NCBI GenBank assembly: GCA_964016885.1
Contig: OZ024740.1
Span: 181,722,001 to 181,786,000, forward strand
DNA length: 64,000 nt
Direction: 5' to 3'
DNA from: Eledone cirrhosa
Taxonomy: Eukaryota
Shown here: positions 23,495 through 37,324 of the stretch, in pieces
Layout of the letters: every line of letters starts with the position of its first letter
Numbering within the stretch: the stretch's first letter is position 1
Notes under the pieces: model-generated
Databases searched by the model: none
What the model saw: only the letters and a program-made list of their open reading frames with translations
Told to the model about the DNA's origin: nothing
Translations under genes and position numbers: made by a program

Positions 23495-26400
23495 TATTAT
23501 TCAAAATATAAAAAAAAATGAGAAATATTATCATAACCAAAGTATATATTTTATTATAGATATTTCAAAGATATAATGATGTTTCAGTACGTTTTCATCA
23601 GATAAAATATATAAGAGATTGGATATGTGACATACCGTTAAGGTCTTGAATCATCAATTCCTGTAGTGGCAGTCAGTTATTTCACCAACCCTCAATATTT
23701 ATATACCACAAATATTATGATAAACTTAGAGAAGAAGAGGACGTAAAACAACAAAGAAATTTAGAAGGGGGGTTGAAAGGGAAGATGCGGGGAGAAAAGA
23801 AGAAAAGGAAAAGGAAAGGATGACGTAAAGGAGAGAATAAAAAAAAACCGTTGTATTCAAATGCTAGACAAAAATTCAAAATTTCAAAAAATGTTTCATA
23901 TTATTTTTCAGTGAATACCGCTTGTATTGGAATACGCTTTAGTTAATAATATATCTAGATTATTAGGCATAGATTAATTTCTCCGGCAATCGAATATTTA
24001 AGTTCATTACAGATTTATATGCTTAAAATTAATTTAATTTAATTTAATTTAACTCATTCTAGATTATGACAATGTTTTATTATAAGGTAAGATATTCTAT
24101 TTAGTATTTTAATGCAACAATTAAACAATTTATCTTTATTACTTATTAAATAACTATTAAATATGTATTAAAATATATTAAAAATGCATATATGCACATC
24201 GATACATAATATATTTTGTTCATTTATCATCTAAATTAATTCAAAATTCCACTTTGCAATGAGAAAATCCTTCACATAATCACAAACTATGACAATTTTA
24301 TCAACAAAAATAATGAATTATTTAGTAGTTGTAATCATAAAATTGATAAGACTTTCCAGGCAATGTACCAGTTCCAAAAAAATAAGGACAAATAACACCT
24401 TGAATATATGTAAATTTTGCCTAATTGAAGTAATAATTTATAGATATTTATATGTAATAGCATAACCTCATTGATAGTTTTTATAATCCTATGAATTGAT
24501 TAGGATAGCTCACTATTTAATTAGAGATCAATTAAGATATATACATTAGATATGTTGAGGATCTTAAAAAATCATTGTACGAGAGGGAAGGTATTCCCTC
24601 TAAGTTAAATTTTCTCTTTTACATTGTAAAAGAGTTATCTTCCTTTTGTTTACATTGTCCGTAAATTTTATTAGCTTGCAAAACAAATATATAAAATATA
24701 GATTAATAAATAATAATTAATAGTTTAATGATACATAGACTATCATTAAACTTAAACTATATATATTAGAATAATTAAGTATTGAAGTAAATATAAATAT
24801 AACCCTCCATTAAGTGAAATGAAGTTTATGGAGGGTAAATATAACCACAGTAAAATTTTTAAAGATAAATGAAAATAATAAATAACGAAGTTTCACATAA
24901 GGTGGAATTTTGAATTAATTTAGATGATGAATGAAAAAATATATTATATATTGATGTGGATATACGCATTTTTAATATATTTTAATACATATTTAATAGT
25001 TATTTAATAAGCATTGAAGATAAATTGTTTAATTCGTGCATTATAATGCTAAATAGAATATCTTACTTTATAATAAAACAATCTAGAATGAGTTAAAATA
25101 AATTAAATTAATTTTAAGAATATAAATCTGTAATGAACTTAAATATTCGATTGCCGTAGAAATTATTCTAAAGTGTAATCCAATACACCCCTGATGAGTC
25201 CCCTGTTCTCGCCGGACGCCTCATCGTGGCGATGAGGTGCCAACCACTAATCTCAGTGGGCAAAGAATCGGCAAATACAGGCGGCAGGCATCGGGTTAGC
25301 AACCCGGCACTGCTGAAAAAAATTCTAACCGCTAAAGAAATAGCAAGAAAAGCCAAAAAAGAAAAAAATGAATGGCGTAAAGATAAAAGCATGGGAAACA
25401 CTCCACTCTTGATGGACCTCAACCAAAGCCGAAAGGACGTTGGGGTTCCGATAAGCCGGATTCTGAGCACCAAAACAAAGATGCGAATTGGAACTTGGGA
25501 CGTGCGTACACTATACCAGGCAGGAAAGCTGGCTCAGCTACTTTGCGAGTTCGACCACTACCAGCTGGACATTCTGGGCGTGAGTGAAATGCGCTGGACC
25601 GGCAGGGGAAAGATGAGTGGCAGCGGAGACACAGCTCTGTTCTGGACACAAAGACAAGCACGTTCATGGCGTTCGACTTGTGCTTAGCGCCCGAGCAACT
25701 TGAGCATTGATCGGATGGGAGCCAGTCAGCGAGCGCATCATAACCTCCTGTTTTCAAAGTGGGCATGCGAAAATCACTGTTGTTCAGGGCTACGCACCGA
25801 TTGATGACACAACCGTCATCGACAAGGACGCCTTCTACGGACAGCTGCAGGACACATTTAATAACTTGCCCAACCATGACATCAAACTACTGATCGGTGA
25901 TTTCAATGCTCAGATTGGCTGCAACAGACAGGGACTGGAACAGGTCACCGAGCCATTCGGTTTTGCGGCATTCACCACGGACAACGGCGAGAGACTGCAG
26001 CTGTTTTGCCCCAGCAACAGCTTGTGCATTAGCAACACCTATTTCAAACACAAGGCGATTCACAGGGCTACTTGTCTGTCTCTGGACCAGAAAAGCCGAG
26101 ACGAGATCGACTACATCTGCATCAACCAGCGCTGGCGGTCCTCCGTACGTGACGTCAGATCCAAGAACCAACGTGGGACCTGACTGACCGACGAAAAAAG
26201 GCAAAAGTCGAGCGTGATTCTGCCAGATCGGAGGAAGACCAAAAGAAAAGAGATGCCGTATACCGTCAAATCGACCGACTGGTAAAGCTAAGCTGCCGGC
26301 GGGACAAATGTGACTGGCTGAAGAAAAAGGGTGCTGAGGCAGAGGAAGCTGCTGGTCGAAACGACACAAAAGCACTGTTCTGCATCGTGAGGGAGTTGAC

Positions 26401-28559
26401 AGGAATGTCGAGCGGTGCCAGCATGCCAGTGAAGCACAAACATTGCAAGACGTTGACCACTGGAGTGAATCAGGGGCAGAGATGGATGAAGCACTTCCGG
26501 GAGACGCTGAACCAACCAAATGCAGTCGCCCGCATAGACTTGACCGCAGAGACTCCAGAAACCACTGAGGTATTCAAAGTCTGTGAGGACCATATCACCA
26601 AGCAAGAGACGAGAGATGCGATTAGCCACTTGAGGAACGGCAAAGCAGGCGGACTGGATGAGATCTCTGCTGAGCTGCTCAAATTCGGTGAGGAGAGCAC
26701 GATAACGCTGTTGACAGACTTGATGAATCACTGCTGGAAAGTTGGTCGGATTCCCCTTGAGTGGCAGCGTCTTGTCATCGTCAAACTGCCGCAGAAGGCA
26801 AACCTGGCAGACTGCAACAACTGGCGTGGTATCACATTGCTGTCGTCCCAGACAAGGCGTTCTGCACTATGCTGCTGCGTCGACTCTGGCAGGCTATTGA
26901 CTCCGTTCTCCGGGAGGAACAAGCCGGCTTCCGAAAATTCGATCTTGCATGTAACAGATCTTTATACTACGCAACATTCTCGAACAATGCGTTTAGCTAC
27001 AACAGCCTTTGGCGGTCAATTTTATTGATTTCCAGAAGGCATTCTACAATGTACACCAGGAGTCACTGTGGAATGTTGCGCAACTGTATGGCATTCCCGC
27101 AAGATTCATTGCCATTTTCAAGGCCCTGTATGAAAACTCCAGCTGCTGCGTGCGGACTGAGTCCGGTCTGACGGGGTTCTTTGACATTGTCTCCGGAGTC
27201 AGACAGGGTTGCATTCTCTCTTCACTGTTGTTCCTGCTGGCAGCCGATTTCATACTGAGGCGAATGGATGAAGGACTCGGTCGAGGAATCTCATGGAGAG
27301 GACAGTCGAGGCTGAGGGACCTGGTATTCGCCGACATCGCTTTGATAGCTGAAAACACTGCAGATCTGCAGGACCTAACAACATCCTTACAAGAGAGTGC
27401 GGAAAAGATCGGCCTGAGAATCAACACCAAAAAGACCAAGGTCATGAGAATGGCCAGCAACACACGTCCAGTGAACAGAGTCAACCAACAGGACCTCGAG
27501 GAAGTCCATCACTTCACTTATCTGGGCAGCATCCTGACAAGCAGCGGCGACGCGGAGCTCGACATCAACTGTGGGATCGGCAAAGGAGTCGCAGTTTTCC
27601 AGCGGCTGTACCCAGTCTGGTCATCTTCATACATTGGCACCAAGACCAAGCTCCGTCTGTACAAGAACATCATGCTGCCGACAGTGCTTTATTTGAGCGA
27701 GACCTGGAAGAGTAAGGCAAAAATAGAGAGACGGCTGAACGCTTTCCACCAGCAGTGTCTGTGAAAGATCCTTCGTGTGTCCTGGCCTGACCGAGTGCGA
27801 AGGGAGGAGATCCTGCAGAGAGCCGAGTCGTGGACGCTACAGAGAGTGGTCACGGAGCGTCGGTGCCGTCTGGCTGGCCATATTCTGCATCTGCGAAATG
27901 AACGGCATTCGAAAACAGAGATGAACTGGACTCTGCCTGGTGGTAAACGGAGGCGTGGTTCCTCAAGGATCACCTGGCGATGAACGTTCCGGAAGGAACT
28001 GATGGCAGCCAACATCACCTGGCACGGTCTCGAAAGAGTTGCGGCTGATCATGACCGTTGGCGAGTACTTACTGCTTGATGCGCCGAACGGCGCGAAAGA
28101 ATGTAAGATAAGAATCCAATACCAGCGGCATTCACGGATAAATAATATTTAAAAAATTGGAATTTTTGAATTTTTGTTTAGGATTTGAAATCAAAGGGTT
28201 TTTTTTTTTCTCCTTTACTTTGCCCTTTCATTTTCCTTTTCTTCTTTTCTTTATTACCCTTCTTTTCTCTCCACATCTTCCCTCTCAACTCCCCTTCTAT
28301 ATTTCTTCGTTGCTTGACGGCCTCTTCTTCTCTATGTTTATCATATTATTTGTGGTATATAAACGTTGAGGGTTGGTGAAATAACTTACTGCCACTACAG
28401 GAATTGAAGATTCAAGACCTTAGCGGTATGTCTCATATCCAATCTCTTATATATTTTATCTGATGAAAACGTACTGAAACACCATTATACCTTTGAAATA
28501 TCTATAATAAAATATATACTTTGGTTATGATAATATTTCTCATTTATTAATATTTTGAA

Positions 28560-28565
<6 letters not shown>
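23495..28565. repeat. Large diverged inverted repeat (~0.7-kb arms: 23495-24225 vs 24925-25186 + 28123-28565); right arm split by an RTE
   Basis: Many reverse-complement matches, e.g. tgagaaatattatcataaccaaagtatatatt / aatatatactttggttatgataatatttctca. Confidence 0.88.
25187..28112 (+). mobile_element. RTE-clade LINE, near full-length, decayed, with 10-bp TSD
   Basis: TSD AATCCAATAC at 25177-25186 and 28113-28122; MRIGTWDVRTL, GVSEMRW, GDFN, EIDYI (APE); NWRGITLLS, FIDFQKAF, GVRQGCILS, FADIAL (RT, one Asp lost); tail taagataag; internal deletion near 26165. Confidence 0.94.
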
Positions 28566-28626
<61 letters not shown>

Positions 28627-28631
<5 letters not shown>

Positions 28632-31329
28632 ATCTATTACTCAGACCCTTTTAGCGAAAGCTTTAAATTTCGCTAGAGGGTTTACTAATATCTCCGATAT
28701 TGAAGAGAATGTCATCTTGCATGCTAGGAACACTCTACTTTTTAATGATAATGACACTTGGGTAAAAATATCTAACCCAGAGAACCCATTCGATGTCTCA
28801 ATGGGCTCTTACGACAGTGCTGATGTTTGTGATCTGGTCGGCCTATTCCTCTTACATACACTTAAAGAAAAATTTCCTAACCATATTTTTGGGCTTTATC
28901 GCGACGATGGTCTAATACTTTCCCATACCACCATAGGCCATAACTTAGACAGATTAAGGAAAGACTTAATAAAAACCTTCGCTAGTTTTAATCTTAAAAT
29001 TACTATTGACGCTAAACTTTCCAACGTAGATTTCCTAGATATAAACCTAGATTTGCCTACTGCTTCTTATAAACCATACCATAAACCTAATGAAAACTTA
29101 AAATATATAAATAAATGATCTTGCCATCCACCTATAGTTTTTAAAAACCTTATCCCTAATATTAGCCGTAGGATCTCCACCCTCTCTTCCTCAGAAGCTA
29201 TTTTTAATAAGGCATCCCCCTACTATAATAAAGCCCTCCAAAATAGCGGTTTTAGCGAACCGATTAAATACATACCTAACTATACTAACTCTATTAAACA
29301 TAAAAATAGGAAAAGAAAAATAATCTGGTTCACACCCCCCTACTCTCTAGCAGTTAAAACTAATGTAGGCAAAAAATTCCTTGAGCTCCTAGATAAACAT
29401 TTCCCTAGAACACATAGATACTATAAGATCTTTAACAGAAACTGTGTCAAAATTAGCTATTCCTGCGGTCCCCCTATTAAGTCCTATATCCTCAACAAAA
29501 TATCACCTAGAGAAAATCAAACTTGCTCCTGTAGAATCAAAAGTGAATGCCCATTACAAGGCAAATGCAACACCAAAGCCATTGTATATGCGGCTAAAGT
29601 GACAACCACAGCAACAACCATCCAGCCACCAGTGAACGATATGTGGGTATGACGCAAGACAAATTCAAAACGCGTTATTACTCACATGTCGCATCCTTTC
29701 GACATCCAGAAAAAAGATTTACAACAGCTCTGGCTAGCATAATTTGGGATTTGAAAGACCAAGGCATCCAATATAAATTAGATTGGTCAATTTTGAACCA
29801 ATCTAAAGAATATGCTAGAGGAACAAGAAAATGCACGCTCTGCATAAACGAAAAATATTGGATATTGCAAAATCTAAAATCACCAAAGACCTGCCTGAAC
29901 ACAAAGACGAAATTTTCACCAGTTGCCCACACATGAAATCACACCTGCTTTCCAGCTCATATAAACTTAACACACTTTCAGATACTTATCGTCCATAAAC
30001 TCTTATCATTCTCTTTTTAATTACCCTTTCTGACTTACTTTCATTTTTATCCTTGTCAATAATTTCATTTATTTTTATTCTTATTTTTTTATTTTTATTT
30101 TTTACTTCACATCCACCAATAACCCCCCCCCCCCCACCTCTTTATTCTCCGATTCACTTTCCATTTTTCACTTCCCCTTTTTTTACTTCCCTTTTTCCTT
30201 CACTAACTGATTATACTTGTCATTTGTGTTTTCCAATTCAGATATATTTTTCATTTTTATTTTTATTTTTTTATTTTTGCGCAGCCAATCTTACAATTTT
30301 ATATTTGTACTTACTTATCCACAAGTTTTTTACACCCTGTACCAATATGGCTGAACGCCTTCATGTGTGTATACTTTCTATATATGTACATGAGCGACTA
30401 CGTATGTGGGCACGCGTGCGTGTATGTATATATATGTATATATATATATGTGTGTGTGTATATGTGTGTGTGTGTATGTATATATTATGCGTATGTGTAT
30501 GTGTCTTTATATCCGTGTTTTGACATCTAGGTTTTATGTTTTGTTCCTTTTTTCTTCTCCCCCCCCCCTTTTACTTACTCATTTTTATGCGTGTGCATGC
30601 AAACAGGTCAATATGCGTGAGTGTAAGTATGTGTGTGTGTATGTACGTATCGAACGTATGGATGTGTAAGTGTGCATGTGTATATAAGCATGTATATTTT
30701 TGCGTTTCTTTTGTGAGATATGCGTGTCTGTGTATGTATGTACCCCTTTTTTGTCTTCTTTTCTTTAATATTTTTCTTTCTAATTTATTGTTACATTTTT
30801 ATAAATATATCGAGATTGATACTTTCCTTTAATTGTTACACTCCCTTACCTCTTTTACTTCCGTATCTAAGCGTACGTGTATGTAGGTGTGTTTATGCGC
30901 GCGCCTTCATATTCATATTCTTATGATGTATCTATTCTGTCTGTAGATTACAGACATACAGATACATTTGCCCTAAATTTTATATTTACGCACACTTTTT
31001 CACTATACGTATACACATGTGCATACACATATATGCACACCTAACTATATTTCTTGATAGATTTTTATATATTTCAATTTCTAATTCATTTGTCTATATC
31101 CTTTTTTTGATTTTCTTGATGAGACTTTCCAAGTATTTACCCATGTTTTATATTGCCTCGTCTGACGAACGAAGGAAGACGTTTCTTTCGTATTCGCCTC
31201 ATTCGGGAAACCTCTGGTAATGAGGTAATTATATTGTATTGATTTTTATACATTAAATTTTGCTCTGATAATTACATAGAGCACTCTTCACTTCTATGAC
31301 CTTTTCTGTTTCCAACGGAAATTTCAATA

Positions 31330-31332
<3 letters not shown>
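28627..31332 (+). mobile_element. 5'-truncated PLE (CxCx5C type, Hydra-clade-like) inserted in (TA)n
   Basis: PSITQTLL, FDVSMGSYD, GLYRDDGL, VDFLDI; after TGA 29116: RKRKIIWFTPPYS, CSCRIKSECPLQGKC, IVYAAKV; frameshift; YVGMT..FKTRYYSH, CTLC; (TA)n on both sides. Confidence 0.9.
31152..31229 (+). ncRNA. Type I hammerhead motif in PLE 3' UTR
   Basis: 10-bp stem I attgcctcgt/atgaggtaat; CTGACGA 31162-68; GAAA 31207-10; stem III acc/tct/ggt; GTA 31217-19. Confidence 0.75.
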
Positions 31333-31367
<35 letters not shown>

Positions 31368-32338
31368 GTAGAAAGGAGAAACTATAGAGTAATAAAACTA
31401 ATGGGCCATGTTATGAAAGTGATAAAAGTGTTATAGCACCAATGACATAGTACTAATCATTCATCAAATTACCCCCCCTCCTTCTAAACGTGTTCCATAT
31501 GAAACAGATCCTCTTCACTCCATAATGTTGAGAAGATTCTTTAGTTGAGTCAATGAACTACAGCCTCTCTATGCTGGTGCTATGTAAAACACACCCACAA
31601 CACACTGTGAAGGTGTTTCCCATTAGGAAGAGCAGCTGTAGGAAATGTGCCAAACACAGTGTTGAAAGGATTGGTCAGTCATGTTAAAACATTCCAATCT
31701 CCCTTTTACTACCTCTACAAGCTAATACACCCAGTGCACTCAGTAAACTGGTTGGTGGTAGGACGTAAAACAGCCATAATAAACTCAACAGAAACAGTCC
31801 TGAGATGATACTTCAGTAATGTCAAAGTCATAACAAAAGCTCTCTAGTACTGTTGCCAGAATATAATGCACCCAATGTACTCTGTAAAATGGGGAAATGT
31901 ATGTAAGCAAAATGTAGCCTCCAGCCTATTTCTAGGGTCATTGATTTCAAATACATACTGATTTGGTCTGTGATTAGACATCCAGGGAAAGTGGTTGACA
32001 AATGATGATAGAGTACACCAAATTATTTGTCAAAGATAACTTATTGTATAGAAATGACAAAAGGAATCCTTCATTTATTTTTGTTTCTATCATCACTCAA
32101 TTTTAAACTTATCATAGTAATGATGACTGAGAAGGAAAGTGCATTGTGTCTGTGTGTGTATATAAATTGTAAAAGTTAGAGACAAATATATACACACACA
32201 CGCACAAGCATATATATATATACAAACACACATGGGATTTTTATGATAAAAAGACTCATTCCCAATCGTTGGAATTTTATTAATGTACTTGGTTCTTAAA
32301 ATATACATCTTCTAATCTATGTTTTTTATGTTCACAAG

Positions 32339-32385
<47 letters not shown>

Positions 32386-33329
32386 GATTTTGAATGAATT
32401 ATAGTAGGAAGGCCAATTCATGAAAATATATTGCTGATTTATTTTATATAATGGTATAAATAATGCAATGTTTTTAAGTCACATGACACACTTATTTTTT
32501 TTCTGTTTTAGTGTTTTAATTTGTTTTCCAATAATGACATTCTATTTATATTCTATATGTTTGTTTTTCGTTTTTTTTTTCCATTTGGTACTTTTGTTAT
32601 ATTTCTTTGTTTTTGTTGTTGCTTTATTCATACAGAATAAAAAAAAAAATGAAATCTTTGAAAGTGGGTAGTTATGTTTGGCAAGCATTGTCTCTTTTTT
32701 ATCAGGCATAAGCATAAGAGATTGTATTGTTATATTGGGCAAATCTTGACACACTTTCCTATAATTAAAATTTACACATTAAATATATTTTTAATGCATA
32801 TTTAAAAATACATTTGTATTTTGATTCTAGAAAATTCTATTAAGTTACAACATAAATATCCTGAGGATGTTTTATAAATTGTTTTCTGCTCTTTCCTTCA
32901 TAAATGTTTGTCTCCTCCTTTCAAGATATTTGTTATTCATTCAAGCCTGCTAGTCACACTTGCCTTTTATTCACTGTTGCTTTGGGGGTTTTATAGCCAT
33001 TCTTGGGAATGAAGAAATTTCATGTGGAACATATATTGAGGACATGGTTGTGTTCAACTTTAAACCTTTTTATTAATATTTTTACATATTTTCTTTTTAT
33101 CCTTTATGTTTAGTTTGAAATACTATGAAAATAACATTACACAACTAAAAAATGTATTTCATTCAATTAATTACTGCTGTAAATGCATAACAATGAAATG
33201 TTTCTTTCCACAATACAAATAGTTTAGCCTCGCATATATCTATGTCAAAATGAAGAATTGCAAACGAAATAGCCTCCTCTAAATTAGTGCACATACTCAT
33301 TGAAATTCTTGGTGACAACATACCATCAT

Positions 33330-33700
33330 TAAACGATGGACAAATTCATCAAAATTATACGAGAAATTAATGAAATTATCAGTATTTCTAAGGATGTACA
33401 AATCCTCTTTACTAATGTCCCTCTTCTTGGAGTTGTGATCTCTCAATTTGGAGAAGTAGCAGTTCTGCCTGGAGTGGCTCTCTGATGTCTGAGTTAAGCA
33501 CTTTATCGAGTAACGTTACTCCAAAAGCCTGATGTCTCTATAATGGAAAATATATGCATAATATTAGACAAGGTGTAGAAACACACTAATAAAGATGACC
33601 CCAGCATACCAAGAAATATCCTAAGAAAGTTCCTGTACAACTCATATTCATTTCCAGTGCTAACAAAGATATCTATACATGTATCCATGTAGATACAATG
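33330..33700 (+). mobile_element. Possible ancient PLE RT relic
   Basis: ISKDVQILFTNVPL resembles PLE RT motif A (SFDVxSLFTNVP); the rest is heavily decayed. Confidence 0.35.
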
Positions 33701-33769
33701 GCCATGGATTCCTCACTTATATCTATAATTACAACATTGTACGTAGCTAATGTTGAAAACAAAGTTAAA

Positions 33770-34385
33770 CCAAAAAATAGCCATATCATATATACCAGAT
33801 CAATGAAGAGGGGTCAAAACCAGAGACATTTCTAAGATGTGCCTTAACAGCCATAGCACTTGCCAAACTACAACAACTCTGGAGAGAAAAGAACCCCACT
33901 CTAAGATGTAAAATAAAACTCCTGTGTACATTGGTCCTATCCATCTTTCTACAGACATGTAACTCATGGATATTGACCACTGAACTGCAAAGGAAGATGC
34001 AAACAGTAGAGATCAAATATAATAGAAAAATCCCAAGAATCTCCTCTACAGGACACATCACAACTGAGGAGGTCTACACAAGAAACCCCCAGCAAGTGAG
34101 TCTTTGAAGGTCTGCTGACCATGGTAAAGAGGATAAGGTTGAAGTGGTTTGAGCATGTCGCAAGATTGGATCTTTTCCCTAAGATGATTCTCAAAGGAAC
34201 AGTGCAAGGGTGAGGCAGACAGGAAGCATTAGATTGACACCATAGCTGAGTGGACAGGGAAGAACTTTGCCATGCCACAACCCAAGAACTTGTCCATGAC
34301 CACCAGAGATAAAGGCAGTTGGTGCAGCATTCAGCCCTTCAATGTCCCAGCGACCCAAAATGGCTAAGGTCATTGTGATTGATTC
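33770..34385 (+). mobile_element. Decayed RTE-type LINE 3' fragment
   Basis: Relic translation INEEGSKPE..ALAKLQQLWREKNPTLRCKIKLLCTLVLSIFL, LKWFEHVAR, KMILKGTVQG. Confidence 0.7.
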
Positions 34386-37324
34386 ACAAGAACAGACAGA
34401 TGAATTTAAAGAACATTTTGAATATAGTTCCATCTACATATTTACTATTCATCATAGTTCTAGCATAAATTGAGGCCAATCCATGAATCCATTTATAGGA
34501 ATATGGAACGACTCATATAGTACCATGATATACATGAATAATAGGGAAATTGAATAAAGAGAAACTGGTCGAGATCCCAATTGATGGAATCCATATGTCC
34601 ACATCTTCCGTTAGCACATAGTTGCAGTTTGTATAGTTAGCTCTACAACAGTCATTTGAATTAAGTTGTCAGTTTAAAAATAACTTGAGGATTTGTTCCA
34701 CTGCTTCCTACAGCAACAACCAGTGAATCATGATTTCTACCCTCTTTACTGAAACAGTCTCAGTCTGACTATATGTTCTCCTTTTATCCACTACTGAATA
34801 AAACTAAACAAATGTATTTTAGGAGGGCAGTGATCATGATCATTTTAGAGGCTTCCAAGACAGATGCAAGGAAAGGAGGAAGGTACAATCAAATTGGATA
34901 CTTTTCTTAAATGCTTACAACATAATGGCCTCTGTTAAAAGTGTCTAAAGGCCAGAGGATGTGGCTAAACTGGGCAACAGATTAAGTGATACATCGATGT
35001 AGGCATCAGCAGGTTTTGAATTCAGAGCCAGAAGAAATATCATAACGCATCCTACCTGAGTCTCTAATGAGTCTGCTAATCCACAACACTAGACTGGTGC
35101 TTTATTTATTAATATTCAACTCAAAAGGATGAGAGAAAATTCATTTGGCAAGAATTGATATCAGAATGCATAATACCAGAATAAACATCACAAAATATTT
35201 TTTACAATATTCTAATGACTCACCCAATCTTTTATCTGTATTAAGGTACAATTCAATATGTATAAAAATTATCAAAATATTTTCACCAAGTTGTTATTTG
35301 AACCTGATATGTATTATATTTGTAGTTCATCAATTAGTCCACCCTCCACATTAATATATTAGTATTGTGATATTTAGAAAGTTTACTGTTAATACCATAA
35401 CTAAAATAATAGCCTTGTGACATGACAACTGAATATTCCCATTATATCTTATTAAAATATAAATGTTAGTAGTGTGAAATAAAATGACATGATAATACTT
35501 ACAGATAATCCTATTAGTCACTTGGGTTTTCAAAGAACCACATTTATTTAATGTTTGTAGACAGCAGCTACTTTCTTAATGTTCTCCAGAGATTTTATTT
35601 CTCACTCCTCAATGGTAGGAAGTCATAATACATTCATATAAATAACTACAATTTCTTTCGTTTAGCATTAAGAAATTTATCAAATGACATAAAAGTTTGA
35701 AAAATGCTGCTTCAGCAACTAGACTATAAATATTAACTAGAGTAATTTAAAATATAATGGTTAATATTGATTTATTTTGAACATGTACAAAGACAAACTT
35801 TTGTAGAAGAAGGGTAATATTTATTGTTATTAGTACTGTAATATTACTGAATACTTGGTGTTTGGATTTGCATTTGCAACATTGACATTATTGCCAATAA
35901 CATCTGCTAATTTCTCTTCAGACCTTCCATTAAAAACGGTACTGTATTATTTTTTGTTATGGTAAAGTCAGTCTTTGTATTTTTATATCCGGATCCAGTA
36001 AATTATCAGAAGTATTAGACCATCAAACAACATGCACTACAATCTTTGAAATAAACTGCAAGATATTCAGTCTATTCTTTTGTAATATCATTAAATATAA
36101 ACTGAGATCTGACATACAATGTAAATCAACACAACTTTTCTTAAAGTAAATTGTCAAAATTATTGTAAATCGTGTCTGCTGGTCATCCCTATTTAATATT
36201 TTTTATTTCCTTCTTTATATTCACTTTTGTCCCTGTGTCGTGTATTTTGTTTTTGTAAGAAGTATCAGATGCTTCCGGTCTGTCATGGCTTACTAGCTCT
36301 CTACAGGCGTTTAAATTGATTGAATAAATAAATAAATATGTGTATAATTTTCATTGATTTTAACTTCAATTTCCCCTTTATTGAATATATACATTAAATA
36401 CTTTTTATCTATCATACAAACAAGAAATGTGGTCAAATAAAATGTAACAACTGTCATCAACTGACATCAACAGTTGATCAGAAGATAGAGCATATCCTAC
36501 ACAAATTAAATTGGTGTCCTATATTTACAGGTTTTGCTCTGTAGAACAATATCATACTACAACTGGGATTTACGAACTATCTTAGAAAGTAGTCCACAAA
36601 ATTCACAAGGAAGCCTTCATGAACTACCAAATATAATTCATTTTTAATTGCATTATGCTACATAGTTGGACATAAACTTGCTATGTATCACTATCCTAGG
36701 TAAAATTGGGAATAAAAAAAAAATTGAATCTGATCAAGAAATGTTTAGTCCTCAGCACACAACCACAACTTGAAGCCTGACACATTGTATCCTCCTACAT
36801 TTTTTTTCTGCTACTTCAATAGCTCCTGCTTCTATGAAGCAAATGGCTTGACCCTTATTTCCTTTAATTCTCTCTTACTGTTTCCCATCTACTAAACCCT
36901 GCACTATATAATTTTCTTAGTCATTTTTACCCAGAATTGAACATCTCTAGCACAGTTTTTCCGTTAATGAAAAGCATCTAGTTCAAGCATATGCTCAAGC
37001 ATTATATAAACCCCATTATCCTATTACAGTGTGTAAAACTTAGACTCTTCCCCTATTTCTTTGACTCAACCTCATAATCATCGTTTATATCCAATTCCTA
37101 TGCTGGTATGACTTGGATGGATCCTTATAATCTGAGTTGTTTCTTATTTGGAGATACTGGCCTCACATGTACATTCCAATTTGGCATGGTTTTTATAGCT
37201 GGATATTCTTCCCAACATCAAATACTTTACAGAATATACTAGGTGCATTTTATCATCCTACCAACACAAGAGAGGTTTACAATTCCTTGGTAGGATCCTT
37301 CAGCAGTGTAGAGGAGTAAATAAT

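Noticed and set aside
29116-29118. In-frame TGA in a PLE ORF as selenocysteine or read-through
   Set aside because: It is not at a Cys-type position (KYINK*SCHPP), the copy also has a frameshift near 29635, and no SECIS was recognised; an ordinary nonsense mutation is more likely.
35860-36062. Minus-strand YFKDCSACCLMV resembling a small-GTPase segment or CAAX end
   Set aside because: Too short, followed at once by stops, with no other GTPase motifs nearby.
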